Assembly (NCBI RefSeq): GCF_004010195.1
Contig: NC_057719.1
Location: 67,855,873 to 67,919,872, forward strand
DNA from: Chiloscyllium plagiosum
Taxonomy: Eukaryota
DNA: 64,000 bases
Reading direction: 5' to 3'
Below, piece by piece: positions 22,330 to 36,455 of this stretch. A model generated the notes under the pieces. The model saw nothing but the letters and a program-made list of their open reading frames with translations, was not told where the DNA came from and made no database searches. The position numbers and the translations under genes are program-made. Within the stretch, counting starts at the first letter, position 1, and every line of letters starts with the position of its first letter.

Positions 22330-25300
22330 TATAGCTTATAAAGCTTAGAGCTAGAATAAACAGAGTTGTTATCTCTGGTTTGTTACCCATGCCACATGCT
22401 AGCATGGCAAGGAATAGGGAGAGAGAGCAGTTGAACACATGGTTACAGGGATGGTGCAGGAGAGAGGGTTTCAGATACCTGGATAATTGGGGCTTATTCT
22501 GGGCTGGGTGGGACCTCGACAAGCAAGATGGTTACACCTGAACCAGTGAGGTACCAATATCCTGGGAGGGAAGTTTGCTAATGCTCTTTGGGAGGGTTTA
22601 ACTAGTTCAGCAGGGAGATGGGAACCCGAATTGTAGCTCCAGTGTGCAGAAGGTTGAGAGTAGTGAGGTCATAAATAAAGTTTCAAGGTTGCAACAGTGT
22701 ACTAGCAGGCAGGAAGGTGGTTTGAAGTGTGTCTACTTCATCGCCAGGAGCATCTGGACTAAGGTGGGTGAACTTGCAGCATGGGTTGATACCTGACTTC
22801 GATTTTGTGGTCATTTCAGAGACATGAATAGAGCAGGGACAGAAATGGTTGTTGCAAGTTCTGGGGTTTAGATCCTTCATTAAGAACAGAGAAGGTGGTA
22901 AAAGAGGGGGGTTGTGGCATTGTTAGTCAAGGACAGTATTTTGGTGGCAGAAAGGATGTTTGAGAACTTGTCTACTGAGGTAGTATGGGCTGAGGTTAGA
23001 AACAGGAAAGGAGAGGTCATCCTGTTGGGAGTTTTCTGAAGGCCTCCAAAACGTTCCAGAGATGTAGAGGAAAGGATTGCACAGATGATTCTGGATAGGA
23101 GCAAGAGTAACATGGTAATTGTTATGGGTGACTTCAACTTTCCAAATATTGACTGGAAATGCCATAGTTCAAGTATTTTAGATGGTTCAATTTTTGTCTT
23201 GCCTAATCACATCATAATTGTCTTCCCCCAGCTATAACTCTTGCCGTGCGGTATATAGATCAGCCAACAAGAGACGAAGCCACATTGGATTTGGTATTGG
23301 GTAATGAAATAGGCCAGGTTAGATTTGGAGGTATGTGAACACTTTGGTGATAGTGACCACAATTCGGTTACATTTATTTTAGTGTAGGAAAGGGATAGGT
23401 ATAGACCGCACGGCAAGAGTTATAGCTGGGGGAAGACAATTGTGATGTGATTAGGCAAGATTTAGGATGCATAGGATGGGGAAGGAAACTGCAGGGGATG
23501 GGCACTGTGGAACTTGTTCAAGGCACAGCTACTGTGTGTCCTTGATAAGTATGTACCTGTCAGGCAGGGAGGAAGTGGTCGAGCGAGAGAACCGTGGTTT
23601 ACTAAAGAAGTTGAACTCTTGTCAAGAGGAAGAAAGAGGCTTATGTGAAGATGAGACGTGAAGGCTCAGTTAGGGTGCTTGAGAGTTACAAGTTAGCCAA
23701 GAAGGACTTAAAGAGAGAGCTAATAGCCAGGACGGGACACGAAAAGTCTTTGGCACGTAGGATCAAGGAAAACCCAAAAGCTTTCCATAGGTATATCATA
23801 AATAAAAGAATGAGTACAGTAGGATTAGGGCCAGTCAAGGACAGTAGTGGAAAGTTGTGTATGGAGTCCAAGGAGAGGTGCTAAATGAATATTTTTTGTC
23901 AGTATTCACACAGGAAAAAGACAATGTTGTCGAGGAGAATACTGAGATACAGTCTATTAGACTAGACAGGATTGTGGTTCAGGTATAAAAATGACAAACA
24001 GCAGTGACCTCAAAACAGATCCTTGCGGCACATCACTAGTAACTGAACTCCAGGATGAACGTTTCCCATCAACCACCATCCTCTATCTTCTTTCAGCTAG
24101 CCAATTTCTGATCCAAACTGCTGATCTGTTAGCAATTATGGAAAGTATGAAAATAGATAAGTCCCCTGGGCTGGATTCTCTGGGAAGCTAGGGAGGAGAT
24201 TGCAGAGCCTTGGCTTTGATCTTTAGGTCGTCATTGTCTACAGGAATAGTACCAGAAGACTGGAGGATATCAAATGGTGTCCCCTTGTTCAAGAAGGGGA
24301 GTCGAGACGACCCTAGTAATTATAGACCAGTGAGTCTTACATCAGTTGTGATTAAAGTTTTGGAAAGGATTATAAGAGATAAGATTTATAATCATCTATG
24401 AAGGAATAATTTGATTAGGGATAGGCAACATGGTTTTGTGAAGAGTAGGTCGTGCCTCATAAACCTCATTGAGTTCTTTGAGAAGATAACCAAACAGGTG
24501 GATGAGGGTAAAGTGGTTGATATGGTGTATATGGATTTCAGTAAAGCAGTTGATAAGGTTCCCCATGGTAGGCTATTACAGAACTTATAGAGGCATGGGA
24601 TTGAGGGTGATTCAGCAGTTTGGATCAGAAATTGGCTAACTGAAAGAAGACAGAGGGTGGTGGTTGATGGGAAATGTTCATCCTGGAGTTTAGTTACTAG
24701 TGGTGTGCCTGGATCTGTTTTGGGGCCACTGCTGTTTGTCATTTTTATACATGATCTGGATGAGGGTGCAGAAGCATGAGTTAGTAAATTTGTGGATGAC
24801 ACTAAGGTCAGTGGAGTTGTGGACAGTGCAGAAGGATGTTGCAGGTTACAGAGGGACATAGATAAGCTGAAGAACTGGGCTAAGAGGTGGCAAATGGAGT
24901 TTAATGTGGAAAAGTGTGAGGTGATTGACTTTGGAAGGAGTAACAGGAATTCAGACTACTGGGCTAATGTAAGATTCTTGGTCGTGTGGATGAACAATGA
25001 GATCAGTGTACATGTGCATAGATCCCTGAAAGTTGCCACCCAGGTTGATAGGGTTGTTAAGAAGGCGTACGGTGTGTTAGCTTTTATTGGTAGAAGGATT
25101 GAGTTTTGCAGCCACAAGGTCATGCTGCAGCTGTACAAAACTCTGGTGCGGCTGCATTATAGGAAGATGTATTGCGTACAGTTCTGATTGCCGCATTATA
25201 GGAAGGATGTGGAAGCATTGGAAAGGATGCAGAGGAGTTTACCAGGATGTTACCTGGTATGGAGGGAAGGTCTTACAAGGAAAGGCTGAGGGACTTGAGG

Positions 25301-25685
25301 CTGTTTTCGTTAGAGAGAAGAAGGTTGAGAAGTTGTTTAATAGAGACATACAAGATGATCAGAGGATTAGATAGGGTGGACAGTGAGAGCCTTTTTCCTC
25401 AGATGGTGATGGCTAGCATGAGGGGACATAGCTTTAAATTGAGGGCTGATAGATATTGGATAGATGTCGGAGGTAGGTTCTTTACTCAGAGGGTACTAAG
25501 GGCATGGAACACCCTGCCTGCAACAGTAGTAGACTTACTAACTTTAAGGACATTTAAATGGTCATTGGATAAACATATGGATGATTATGGAATATGTAGG
25601 TTAGATGGGCTTCAGATTGGTTTCACAGGTTGATGCAACATCGAGGGCCAAAGGGTCTGTACTGCGCTGTAATGTTCTATGTTCT
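22330..25685 (+). mobile_element. CR1 (HER1-like) LINE, 5'-truncated: ORF1 esterase C-terminus, disrupted ORF2 (APE + RT), intact 3' tail
   Basis: RVVISGLLP...LNTWLQGWCRREGF (22370-22480), LKCVYF.ARSI (22722), VPEDWR...NYRPVSLTSV (24250-24350), FVDDTK (24789), tail (TGTTCTA)n at 25673-25685. Many stops and frameshifts. Confidence 0.95.
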
Positions 25686-25961
25686 GGGTCATTTGTAACA
25701 AATCAATATTCAGCAAAACATACATGAGGCAAATTGAATAAAATATTAGCACAATCAAATACAGGAATAAACCTTACTTCAACTAATGATTACAATACAT
25801 CAATGCATCACAGCAGAAAAAAAGTTAGTTGCCTTAAACAACTGGGTAGCCTGGTATTTTCGTCAAGATGCACTTACGATTCATGACTAATTATGTATTT
25901 TCAGTACTATATTCCCATAATACATTGCATTCTTTAGATAATATCAAAACATGGTCGATAG

Positions 25962-27080
25962 ACTGAAAAGTGGCAGATGGAGCTTATTTTAGATAAATGC
26001 AAGGTGCTGCATTTTGGGAAAGCAAATCTTAGCAGGACTTATACATTTAATGGCAAGGTCCTAGGGAGTGTTGCTGAACAATGAAACCTTGGAGTGTAGG
26101 TTCATAGCTCCTTGAAAGTGGAGTCGCAGGAGATAGGATAATGAAGAAGACGTTTGATATGCTTTCCCTTATTGGTCAGAGTATTGAGTACAGGAGTTGG
26201 GAGGTCATGTTGTGGCTGTACAGGACATTGGTTAGGCCACGGTTGGAATATTGCGTGCAATTCTGGTCTCCTTCCTATCGGAAAGATGTTGTGAAACTTG
26301 AAAGGGTTCAGAAAAGATTTACAAGGATGTTGCCAGGGTTGGAGGATTTGAGCTATAGGGAGAGGTTGAATAGGCTAGGGCTGTTTTCCCTGGAGCATCA
26401 GTGGCTGAGGGGTGACCTTATAAAGGTTTATAAAATCATGGGGGCATGGATAGGATAAATAGACAAAGTATTTTCTCTGGGGGTAGGGAGTTCAAAACTA
26501 TAGAGCATAGGTTTAGGGTGAGAGGGGAAAGATATAAAAGAGACCAAAGGGGCAACTTTTTCACGTAGAGGGTAGTACATGTATGGAATGAGCTGCCAGT
26601 GGAAGTAGTGGAGGCTAGTACAAATGCAACATTTAAAAGGCATCTAGATGGGTGTATGAATTGGAAGGATTGAAGGGATATGGGCCAGGTGCTGGCGGGT
26701 TGGACGAGATTGGGTTGGGATATCTGGTCGGCATGGACAAGTTGAACCAAATGAATGGGAAGAATTTGGAGGGATATGGGCCAGGTCCTGGCAGGTTGGA
26801 CGAGATTGGGTTGGGATATCTAGTCGGCATGGACAAGTTGGACCGAATGAATAGGAAGGATTTGGAGGGATATAGGCCAGGTCCTGGCAGGTTGGACGAG
26901 ATTGGGTTGGGATATCTAGTCGGCATGGACAAGTTGGACCGAATGAATAGGAAGGATTTGGAGGGATATAGGCCAGGTACTGGCAGGTTGGATGAGATTG
27001 GGTTGGGATATCTGGTTGGCATGGACAAATTGGACCGAAGGATCTGTTTCCATGCTGTACATTTCTATGAATCTATGACA
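25962..27080 (+). mobile_element. Second CR1 LINE 3' fragment
   Basis: LYRTLVRPRLEYCVQFWSP...LERVQKRFTRMLPGL; tail tctatgaatctatgac. Confidence 0.93.
26656..27038 (+). repeat. Four tandem ~96-bp copies of the CR1 3' terminal segment
   Basis: Units begin atgaa at 26656, 26751, 26847 and 26943. Confidence 0.93.
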
Positions 27081-28272
27081 ATATTAACTAGTAGAGATAG
27101 CTTCCAAATTGTCTACTTCTAATATTTTTCCATGCTTTTCCATGCATGCATTTGATTACTAAACCTTATATTTTGAAAGGGTGTTAGTTAAACATGTGGT
27201 CAATTCTTAAGAGACCGCTCACTGCAAAAGTTATGTAAACCATGAATGATATTAAATCCAGCACTGTACCATCTTTGCCAGAACATGATCTTCACTCCTT
27301 CTATCAATGACAAAAATGAAAACCAAATATTTGTATGCCTTTCAATGTGTATTTAAAGCCTCCAAAAATTGTTACATTTTGCTAACAACTGAAGATGTGT
27401 TGCTGAACACAGTTTGCACAGTAAACCATACAATGAATTGCAATTATATCGATAGCTTTAACAGCATATAATGTTTGGAATGAGACTTCTTAATGCACAA
27501 TCATGCGTGTAAAAGTGAACATCTGAATTCTGTTAACTCACATGACAATCTTTATTTCAAAAATCTAACTCAAAAGTAACAATTACGACATATTTCAATA
27601 ATCCCAGTTATGGCAGGAAATGAGTCAATTTTTGTGGGGCTGCAGTTACTGCATCCCAGCAATTTAGTCTACATTTCCCATTGTCGATTGTGAGCAATAA
27701 TTTCATTTCAATATTAATATATGTAGAGTGGCTACGCTTCCATGTTTACAATTGTTTTCCAGCTGCTAACCTCAATTCTTGTGGTCTAAACAATGCAAGG
27801 GAACTGGCTGAAATTGTATTTCCTTAACTGCATTTCTCCAATTTTATTGCACAAATTTCATTGGATTTGACTTGAAATTATAATGAAGTCAAAATGGAAA
27901 ACCAGGTTGTGTCCTCTAACCATTGGGATTTAGCTCAATAGTCAGTCAAACTAAAAAAATAAAGATTCCTCCTCTCTCACTCCATCTGGGCCAGGTACGA
28001 ACCTCCGCCATGGAATATACTTAGCCTCCAATTGAAATGGAAATATGTCAGAAATGACTCATAATTCAGTATATAATTGAGACTTTCACTCTCAAAAGGC
28101 CATGTGGACATCTTGTGTAAAAATCAAAAAAAGCACAATGCTGCAGTGCTGAGTTTTGTCTTGACGTAAAGTTGTGGCAGATTACTGTAGTTTTACTGAA
28201 TATAGTCTTGAGAAAAACTTACATTGAGAGTTTTGCGTACTTGGTAAGATACAATTTCTTCAACATTTCTTC

Positions 28273-28611
28273 AGAACCCCTACAGTATGGAAACAGGCCC
28301 TTTGGTCCAAGAAGTCCACATCAATCCTTCGAAGAGTAACCCACCCAGATCCATTCCCCTACCCTATATTTACCCCTGACGAATGCACCTAGCCTACACA
28401 TCCCTGAACACTATGGGCAATTTAGCATGGCTAATTCACCTAACCTGCACATCTTTGGAATGTGGGAGGAAACTGGAGCACCCAGAGAAAACCCATGCAA
28501 ACATGTGGAGAATGTGCAAACTCCACATAGACAGTCACCTGAGGCAAGAATCAAATCCAGGTCCCTGGCACTGTGAGGCAGCAGTGCTAACCACTGAGCC
28601 ACTGTACCACC
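28273..28611 (-). mobile_element. HE1-type V-SINE
   Basis: Reverse complement of the 7491 element (gaatgtgcaaactccac...gtgctaaccactgagccac). Confidence 0.9.
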
Positions 28612-28837
28612 ATGTATTTCAGTCACCAGCACTGATATCCTTGATGTAAAGATTATAAACAACTCTCTAAAGACAGCACTTTAATAGAAAAAAGGGCTAC
28701 AACTCATCTCATTCTTTCCTGAATGCAAGATCAAAAATGTTTTATACCATTGTGCTCACTCAATCATATGAGGGTAGGGTTTTGACCACTAATTTTGTGT
28801 AATTTCCAAATGTAATTGTAAAGTAGGTGTTTTTTAT

Positions 28838-29087
28838 TAGACTCCTTACAGTGTGGAAACAGGCCTTTTAGTCCAACCAGAGGCATTTCCCTCTGACTAA
28901 AGCACCTAACACTATGGGCAATTTAACATGGCCAATTCACCTAACCTGCACATCTTTGGACTGTGGGAAGAAACCCACACAGACACAGGGAGAACATTCC
29001 ACACAGACAGTCACCCAAGGCCAGAATTGAACCTAGGACCCTGGTGCTGTGAGGCAGCAGTGCTAACCACTGAGCCACCAGGCCACC
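28838..29087 (-). mobile_element. HE1-type V-SINE, internally deleted
   Basis: Same head and tail motifs, shorter body. Confidence 0.88.
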
Positions 29088-29117
29088 TTCTAACAAACGA
29101 ACGCAACAATTCTTCCA

Positions 29118-29232
29118 ATCTGAAGATGAGTCATACTGGGCTCGAAATGTTAAGTCTTTTTCTCTCTCCACAGATGCTCACAGACTTGCTGAGTTTCTAC
29201 TGTGTTCTCTGTTTCAGATTTCCAACATTTTA
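29118..29232 (+). mobile_element. Penelope-like terminal fragment (second subfamily) with hammerhead-like core
   Basis: CTGAAGA-T-GAGTC-atactg-GGCTC-GAAA-tgtt at 29120-29151, then ctctccacagatgct...ttgctgagttt. Confidence 0.65.
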
Positions 29233-30330
29233 AGTAATTTGCTGTTAATCGAAGGCTTTTCACTAGTTCAGTAGAAATCTCTTCAGTAGTTTTTCCTTCT
29301 ATTCTACTTCTGCAATAACTGGATATCCCGCACATGCACACTCACTGCCAATTTATACGAAAGAAACAATATTTGTACAGCAAATTGATCAGGGAATTGA
29401 CAGAATCAGGCATTAGCCCAAGATGTTTTGCAATATCTGAGTTTGTTGCACAGCAACAGAACCTCAAGTTTTCTTTCTAACAAAAGATACTTTACATTAA
29501 ATTTGTGCAAGCCACTTTATCCAACTTGTGAAAGAACAACTAATGTTTCCCATGTTTTACTGGACACCATTAAAAATTATCTGAGTCATTCTTTATCTTT
29601 TAATATACTTTCATACATTGGTTTTGATCTGCATTCATCTGACAATATCTTACTCTGAAACTTACTGGGAACACTGATTGGAACCAGGACCACCTTCTTG
29701 CTAGTGAATTTTCTTTAAAGAAGTCATTAAAAAGATGTGAATAGTACAGGCATGATTTATTAAGAAGAAATGTTTTCTTCACATCTAACAGTAAAAATGT
29801 TTTATTATAAATAAAATACACAAAATGATATCTTCAAACCACAGAAGAGCAAGCTAAAGTCATTCAATGACAACCAAATATTCCTTCTTTGTTGTAGCAG
29901 GAACTCCATTCCAAATATGATGGAATTTTAACAACTTGGATATTTAATAAATTAAAATCATACACATTCATACAGATGCTTTTTAAAACAAAAACACATA
30001 TACTAAGATATTAGATAGCATACTACTCCCAAATGTGCTTGGAACTGGGACAGTTGGCTTTCACGAAAACTCAATCTTATTTCCTTGGTTTAAATGACAG
30101 CTAAGGCTATTGATGTTATTGCATCATAACATGTGTAGAATAATATTACATCTTATGCGCATATGAGTCAGTTACAATGGTGGGCAACTAAAATATTTCT
30201 TTCCTTATTTTCTCATAAACTGACCATCAACTGTCCAAAGTTATTTCATTAAATTTCTATTTGTAAGGGACTGCATTGAATAAGTTGCAGCTGTACACTT
30301 GCTTTGATCTACCTTAAGCTCCCTAGAATA

Positions 30331-30654
30331 AAGAATCCTTACAGTGTGGAAACAGGCCCTTCGGCCCAACAAGTCCACACCAACACTCTGAAGAGTATCC
30401 TACCCAGACCCATTCCCCTATCCTATTACCTAACTTACACATCCCTGAACACTATGGGCAATTTAGCATGGCCAATTCAAGTAACCTATACATCTTTAGA
30501 CTGTGGGAGGAAATCAGGGCACCCAGAGGAAACGTACGCAGACATGGGGAGAATGTGCAAACTCCACACAGGCAATCACCCGAGGCTAGAATCAAACCCA
30601 GGTCCCTAGCACTGTGAGGCAGCAGTGCTAACCACTGAACCACCATGCTGCCCC
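30331..30654 (-). mobile_element. HE1-type V-SINE
   Basis: Same head, V-domain and tail in reverse complement. Confidence 0.9.
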
Positions 30655-33600
30655 AGTGTAGATTGTGCCATCAGAATAATCAGGACTCTTTATTGTGTGC
30701 ATGAAATGCCATATCTCTTCTATTTTATTTGGGAGCATCCAGTGTGACCTGAGGAGATCAACAGCAACAATGTCCACTTAAACTTCAAATGTATATCATT
30801 GTAGGAAATGTTTAATTAGAATAACAACACTAAAGTTGCAGCATCAATTTGGAATTAGTCTAACCTGAGTGTGAACTTTAAAAGGGTGAGGCTACTTGGA
30901 GGAAGCATTCTTTTGGGATTTGACACATCATTTATCAGTCCAATACAATGTCAAATCTTTAGATCCTACTGGAATTTTATAAAATCCATCTGGGTTAGCT
31001 AAATGGCTTTGATCTCTTAAATATTTATTGCTTAACCATCTAAGAAGCACCTTCATGTACACATGTGACCATGCATCTGTAGAGTTTTTAATTTGGCAAT
31101 GTGAGTCATGCAACATGTGGTTATGCAGGTCTGCAACCCAATAATGCATCAAAAGATATGCATTTACAAAATTAGCTATGAGCACAGGCTGACAGGAAAT
31201 AGGCGAAATACTTACCACACGTCAACACTCAGCAACAATACAATATTGGAGAGGGCAACATTTCAGAAACTCATGGACCAATTTATAAGTCTAGCCATTT
31301 AAATAAAGTATTTGCAACTCTTCTTCAAAGGCAGTCAAAGCAGATTCTGGATATAGTTGCTTCTGATAAGGAGCAAAAGGGTAAGCAGGAATATCAAATA
31401 ACCAGATCAGGCAGAATTTTATTGGATGAGGAAGCATGCTCGTGGGACCGAACGGACTAACTGGTATGTTAGTACATTGCATTGCAATGTTCACATTGGG
31501 CCAGAAATGCATGTCAAATCTGTTTGATCCCTTAAATATCTGGCATCTTGTTCAGTTGTCCACGCCGACTGCAGGGGACAGTTGTAGACCTGCTGGAAAT
31601 GATCACCAACTCCTACACACACATACTGTCCAGTTTTCACACGAGTGACAAGCTGGCTGCTAGCACGTGATTCGCGCGCTTGCTGTCTTCTACCGGGGGC
31701 AATCGGGTGCGCGCCAGGCAAGCGAGAGAGAGAGGGTGCGGGTGCAGCGGTCGCGAGTTGCGCGTGCTTGACGGCGTGCACGAGCTTTCGCTCCCTTCTC
31801 GCCTGTCTCTTGCCAACTGGGTAGCGTGCGTTGCATTTGGCATTGGCCTGGGCCCTGACCCTGGGTTTGGGGAAAGCAAAGGTGGGTGAGGCGCAGCGTT
31901 CATGAGTCTTCACAATGAAATTGAGGCAAAAATAATTGTAAAGTAGGGTTGGATCAGGGCAATGATTGCACAGCAAAAAAAAAACAATATGTGACGCCAA
32001 ATACTGTCAAAAGTGGCTGCAAAAGTGCTTTACCAGCCTGCATAAATATCTTTGAAAGCTATTGTCAGAGAGCGGCCTCGCCCTTGGTGTCTGGGCACTG
32101 AGACTAACTTTCTTCAGTGTGAAATATTTCTGCGAGGTCAGACCGTTCCGCTATTTCGCCTTCTGTTTTGGTCATCAAACATCTTAACACGGACTGAACA
32201 CATTATGCAATGCCCACTTGTTTTCTACCCCCGTGCCATTATTATCTTGTAAAGGAAGTGTCCCCCTCAATTTACGACATTATTTACAGGCTACATTGTA
32301 GATACAAACAAGTGGTTTAAGGGGTGATCGATTCATTTGGAAATAACCAGGACGTGGATAAGGAGCAAAGAAATATGACATCGTAGGACGTGAAAGGATG
32401 TCGAAACGCAAAGGGTCGTTTATAATAAGACGGGACAGGACAGTTATTCTGTGGTATCTTGTAGCATTAGCTCCACTTTATGCTTAATAAACATTTGGTC
32501 AGACTGCAAGTGGACCTCGAAGCGACCTCCCTCTGGCTACACAAAGGGTCCAGAATGGCTTTCACGTAGAATTTAGAAGACGTCTGATGGGGTGCATATG
32601 GAAAAAAAGTCCTAAACGTGCGTCCTCATTTCTCATTCATTAGCTAATAAAGTCAGAAAGCATCTCGGTCCCCTTTCGACACACATGTCCCATTGTTACT
32701 CTGAGATTAGCTGCTGCGGGAAAATGATATGAATAGCTTACCTTATAATTTAAATTTCCCTTTCATTTGTAATATTGCGCAATGTGTCCAAATCCTTAAT
32801 TTGTCCAATAAAATGACAACGGTGTGTTTAATAATGCGTTATGTTTTTTTTCAATTATGTGCGGTGGACGCCAATCGATGAAAACAGTTCCATTGAATCT
32901 TTAAAACCTAATGAAGCCTATTGAACTTTAGTGGAACGTACTTTAACCCTTTTCTGACTTCCCATTGGCACCGACGCAGAATATCCGAAATATTCATCAT
33001 TGTCCAGCTATCTCACAATTTGCAGTGTGATATGTTGGAAAATTGCTTTTTGAACGTGAAGGGAAGATTACGAAGTGCAGACATTTTAGTTTTACAACGA
33101 ATTGCAACGCCAAAGGTTTGTGTTTTACGAACTTTTTTTTGCGGATTTGTTCTGTTGCGTTTTTCGCACTCCTTGCGCCTTTTATTCGTTCACTTAACGA
33201 GATGAAAGTCTCATTAAGTTTAAGGACGTCCGATGCAGAGAATGATTGATTGGTTAAGTAATTTTTATTCATTTAGTAATTAAATCAATACTGAATGCCA
33301 TTCTGCATTTTAAAAAAATGAAACTCAATCTATATTGCCTAGACAAAGAATGCAAACAGAATTCGAATATCTAGCACACAAGAATGATTTTATTTTTAAA
33401 TATTTTACCTTACAGCCTCTGCTGTAATGAAGTACAATAGGCTTTCAAAACATGTATAGCAATCCAAGGAATCAATATACTTATCGCTGAAGCATGGGTT
33501 TAATCTGATTGATTCACACAGACAAGGATAAAATTGTATCTGTTTTGCTTACATAACATTAAAGAACAAATAAAAATGTAACGGAACTTTCTGGAATACA

Positions 33601-36455
33601 ATTACAGGGTTAGTATCCTGTAATATCTCTCGAAGTCTAGGGTGGCAATCGCTTTCAAATCGGTCTGGGTAAAGATGAGTAATGTTGGACAGGATAGCGG
33701 CAAGAAGGTCATTGCTATTAACTAAAGTACGGGCATTCCCAACTCCACTTAAACTCACCCAATTACACCTAATGATCTGCGGGAGAAAAACTCGCCCGTG
33801 ACCTGACCTTCACAAAACAACAGTTCATCCACTACCTTATTGCTTACTCAACAACCGGGCATTCCTTTACATTAGTTTTTTTTAACGACATTTGCTTTTC
33901 CTCTGCCGGGAAGTCATGGGCTGTACTGCATTTTAAAGTAAGGACTTTGGAGACTGTAGATGAATCGATGCTGTCGATTGCTCCGTTTAAATATGGGAGT
34001 TATGGTCATTGTCTTCTTCCAGAATGCCTGGGAAAAAGGTTGGGAATCAGATTTAGTGAAATAATGTATGAGCATTGGCGCAAAAAGAAACTACAGCGCT
34101 CTGAAAATTAAAGTATACAGTATCCCCTTGCTACCCTCCCCAATCATGTCTGTCTCTGTAAAATTTGTGATTGATTTTATCATTTGAATACCATGGCTGA
34201 TTAATTTCATTAAAATCATATCACAGGATACAAAAAGGTTGGAAGAAACAAAATCATCAACGTGTGCAAATTAATGTTTAACATTCACTCCCGTTTAGGT
34301 CAACACCCCCTTCGGTATATCAAAGTATGCACTGCTCTCGTGTTTTGGATATAATAATTTAGTCAAGTGATATTTCATTGTTCAAAGTCACATTAACAGC
34401 TAAATGGAAGTTAACAAGTGAATAATTATCATTAATGCAAAATTAATTTTCATCAGTGTTTCAAAAGATCAAGCACTTCCAATTAAAGTCATCCTTTTAA
34501 GTTTAAATAATATAAACGCTGGATGATCTAAAATATACCAGGGACAAACAGCCGTTAAGAAAGATGCCAAAAAACATGGAAAGAGTATACAGCCAGGGTT
34601 AAAACATTGAGATAACTTGTTTCTCTCAAAATACTCCGACAATATTCTAGGTAGACAATATTTATTCCGATAAGTAATATGGTTAATTATTTGGTAGTCT
34701 TCATACAATCCTTTTGAGGGGGAAAAAGGCATCATTAACCGCACTTTCTAGATTGCTACGGGGAAGGGACAAAACGAAGAGACATTCGTTTTTAAATACA
34801 AACTGCCATGAGTAACCAGATTTCAGCGCAAAGCCAAGAAAAACCATCATAAGGAAAAGTTACATTTAATTACGTCAAACGATCCAGAACCAAATCGCTC
34901 AACATTGCTTTGTTGGAGCTCAGAATATGCATACACACACAGTGGAAAGGGACATCACAAAACAGCTGTCGTACTGTCTTGGCGTCAGCATTGTATCAAA
35001 GAAAATTAACGCTCCTTTTTGCTTGCGATTAAAAGGGTTATGTACATAAGACATCGAACGGGTGCAATTTATCGCAATGCTGTTTCAAAAAGTCTATAAA
35101 GATTTGCCCGTTGCTTTGTTACAGTACCCGCTAATTGCTTTTTTTCAAATTAACCTGGTTTGGTGGTTCTAATCCAGGGATAATTGCAATGGAAGCACGC
35201 TTTAATGACACTCATTAAATGATTCCACTACTTATAAACACGACCAGCTTGTGTTTAAGAAGCAGAGGAGCATGGACTATTAACATCTAAAATAACTACC
35301 TAAATCAGCCTGTTTTGATTTTTAAAAATTTTGTCGTTATGCATTTAATGTTCAGAAATGTTCATTGCTAAAGAAAAATAAAATCCATCTTTCTCCGAGA
35401 AGGGGAAATGTAAGAAGTTCTCTTACAGAAAACTACTTGAAATATTCCCGAATAAGCGCTTGTAAACGCCGTTCCAACTGAAGGGGAGGGGGGGAAATCG
35501 ACCTAAATATGGCGAGGAAAAGCTGATTCCTAAATTAGCACGCATCCCCGAGTAGGGAATGATTTTCTAAAATGCTTTCAAGTGTAATTCGCGTACGGGA
35601 GATGCCTTGTGTGGTATTATCATTCCCACAACAGCGTTAGCAACTAATAAGTTCTTGTTGGCGACTTCCACATTGCCGGCCCTGTGTATGATTCCCCCCC
35701 TCCCATACAGTCGGCCGGAGTGCGGTCAAAATAATAATCATTCAACAGATACATTTTTTTAAAAAAAATGCGATTAAGGAAAGGAACATCGGCGCCCAGG
35801 CGTGACAATTTAGCAATAACCGCCCTTAAATCCCGAAACAAAATGTATTACTTTTGAAACATTAGGGGCAAAAACCTATCAATAGAAATTGTACGGCCAT
35901 CAAGCGAACGGACAGTTTTGGCAAAATAGCGCAATTCGCCTTTCTCGGCAGCGCGGCTGTTGAAAAGTTCACTCCTTCGATAATGAAAACGAAATGAGAT
36001 CACCAGCGTGTTGGACGTGGCGTTATCAAATTGAGCTTTATTTCAAATTGGTTCGATTGGCACAATTTAATCTGTTCATTTTAAAACCATATCACTGACC
36101 CGGTGGTGCTGGTCAACTGAACTTCGCGCGGCTGCAAGGTTCACGGATATTTTTGGGGTGGGGGGTGAGAGAATATGTTTGGATCAGCGATCGGATTGCT
36201 ACAGTCAGTCCCGCCAGATAGCGCTAAAGGGCTGTCTATGAAACCGTGCCTTCCAATGAATTTCTCGCAGACCACAGCAGAACATCTGCCGAAAGTTCAC
36301 GTCGCCTGTTCCCCCCCCCCCCCTCTCTCTGGGTTGTGGCGAGATTGCGGTAGGGTATAAAGCGAGACCCGGTGCGTTTAATATACGACGGTTCACAGGT
36401 AACGGCTGAACACTCACTCAGTGGGGAGATTTTCCTTCAGCCTGGACTTACATTG

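Noticed and set aside
22330..26458. RT/endonuclease ORF pieces as an active gene
   Set aside because: Numerous stops and frameshifts; dead CR1 copies.
26633..27122. 156-aa and 131-aa repeat-protein ORFs
   Set aside because: Translations of the 96-bp tandem at a CR1 3' end.
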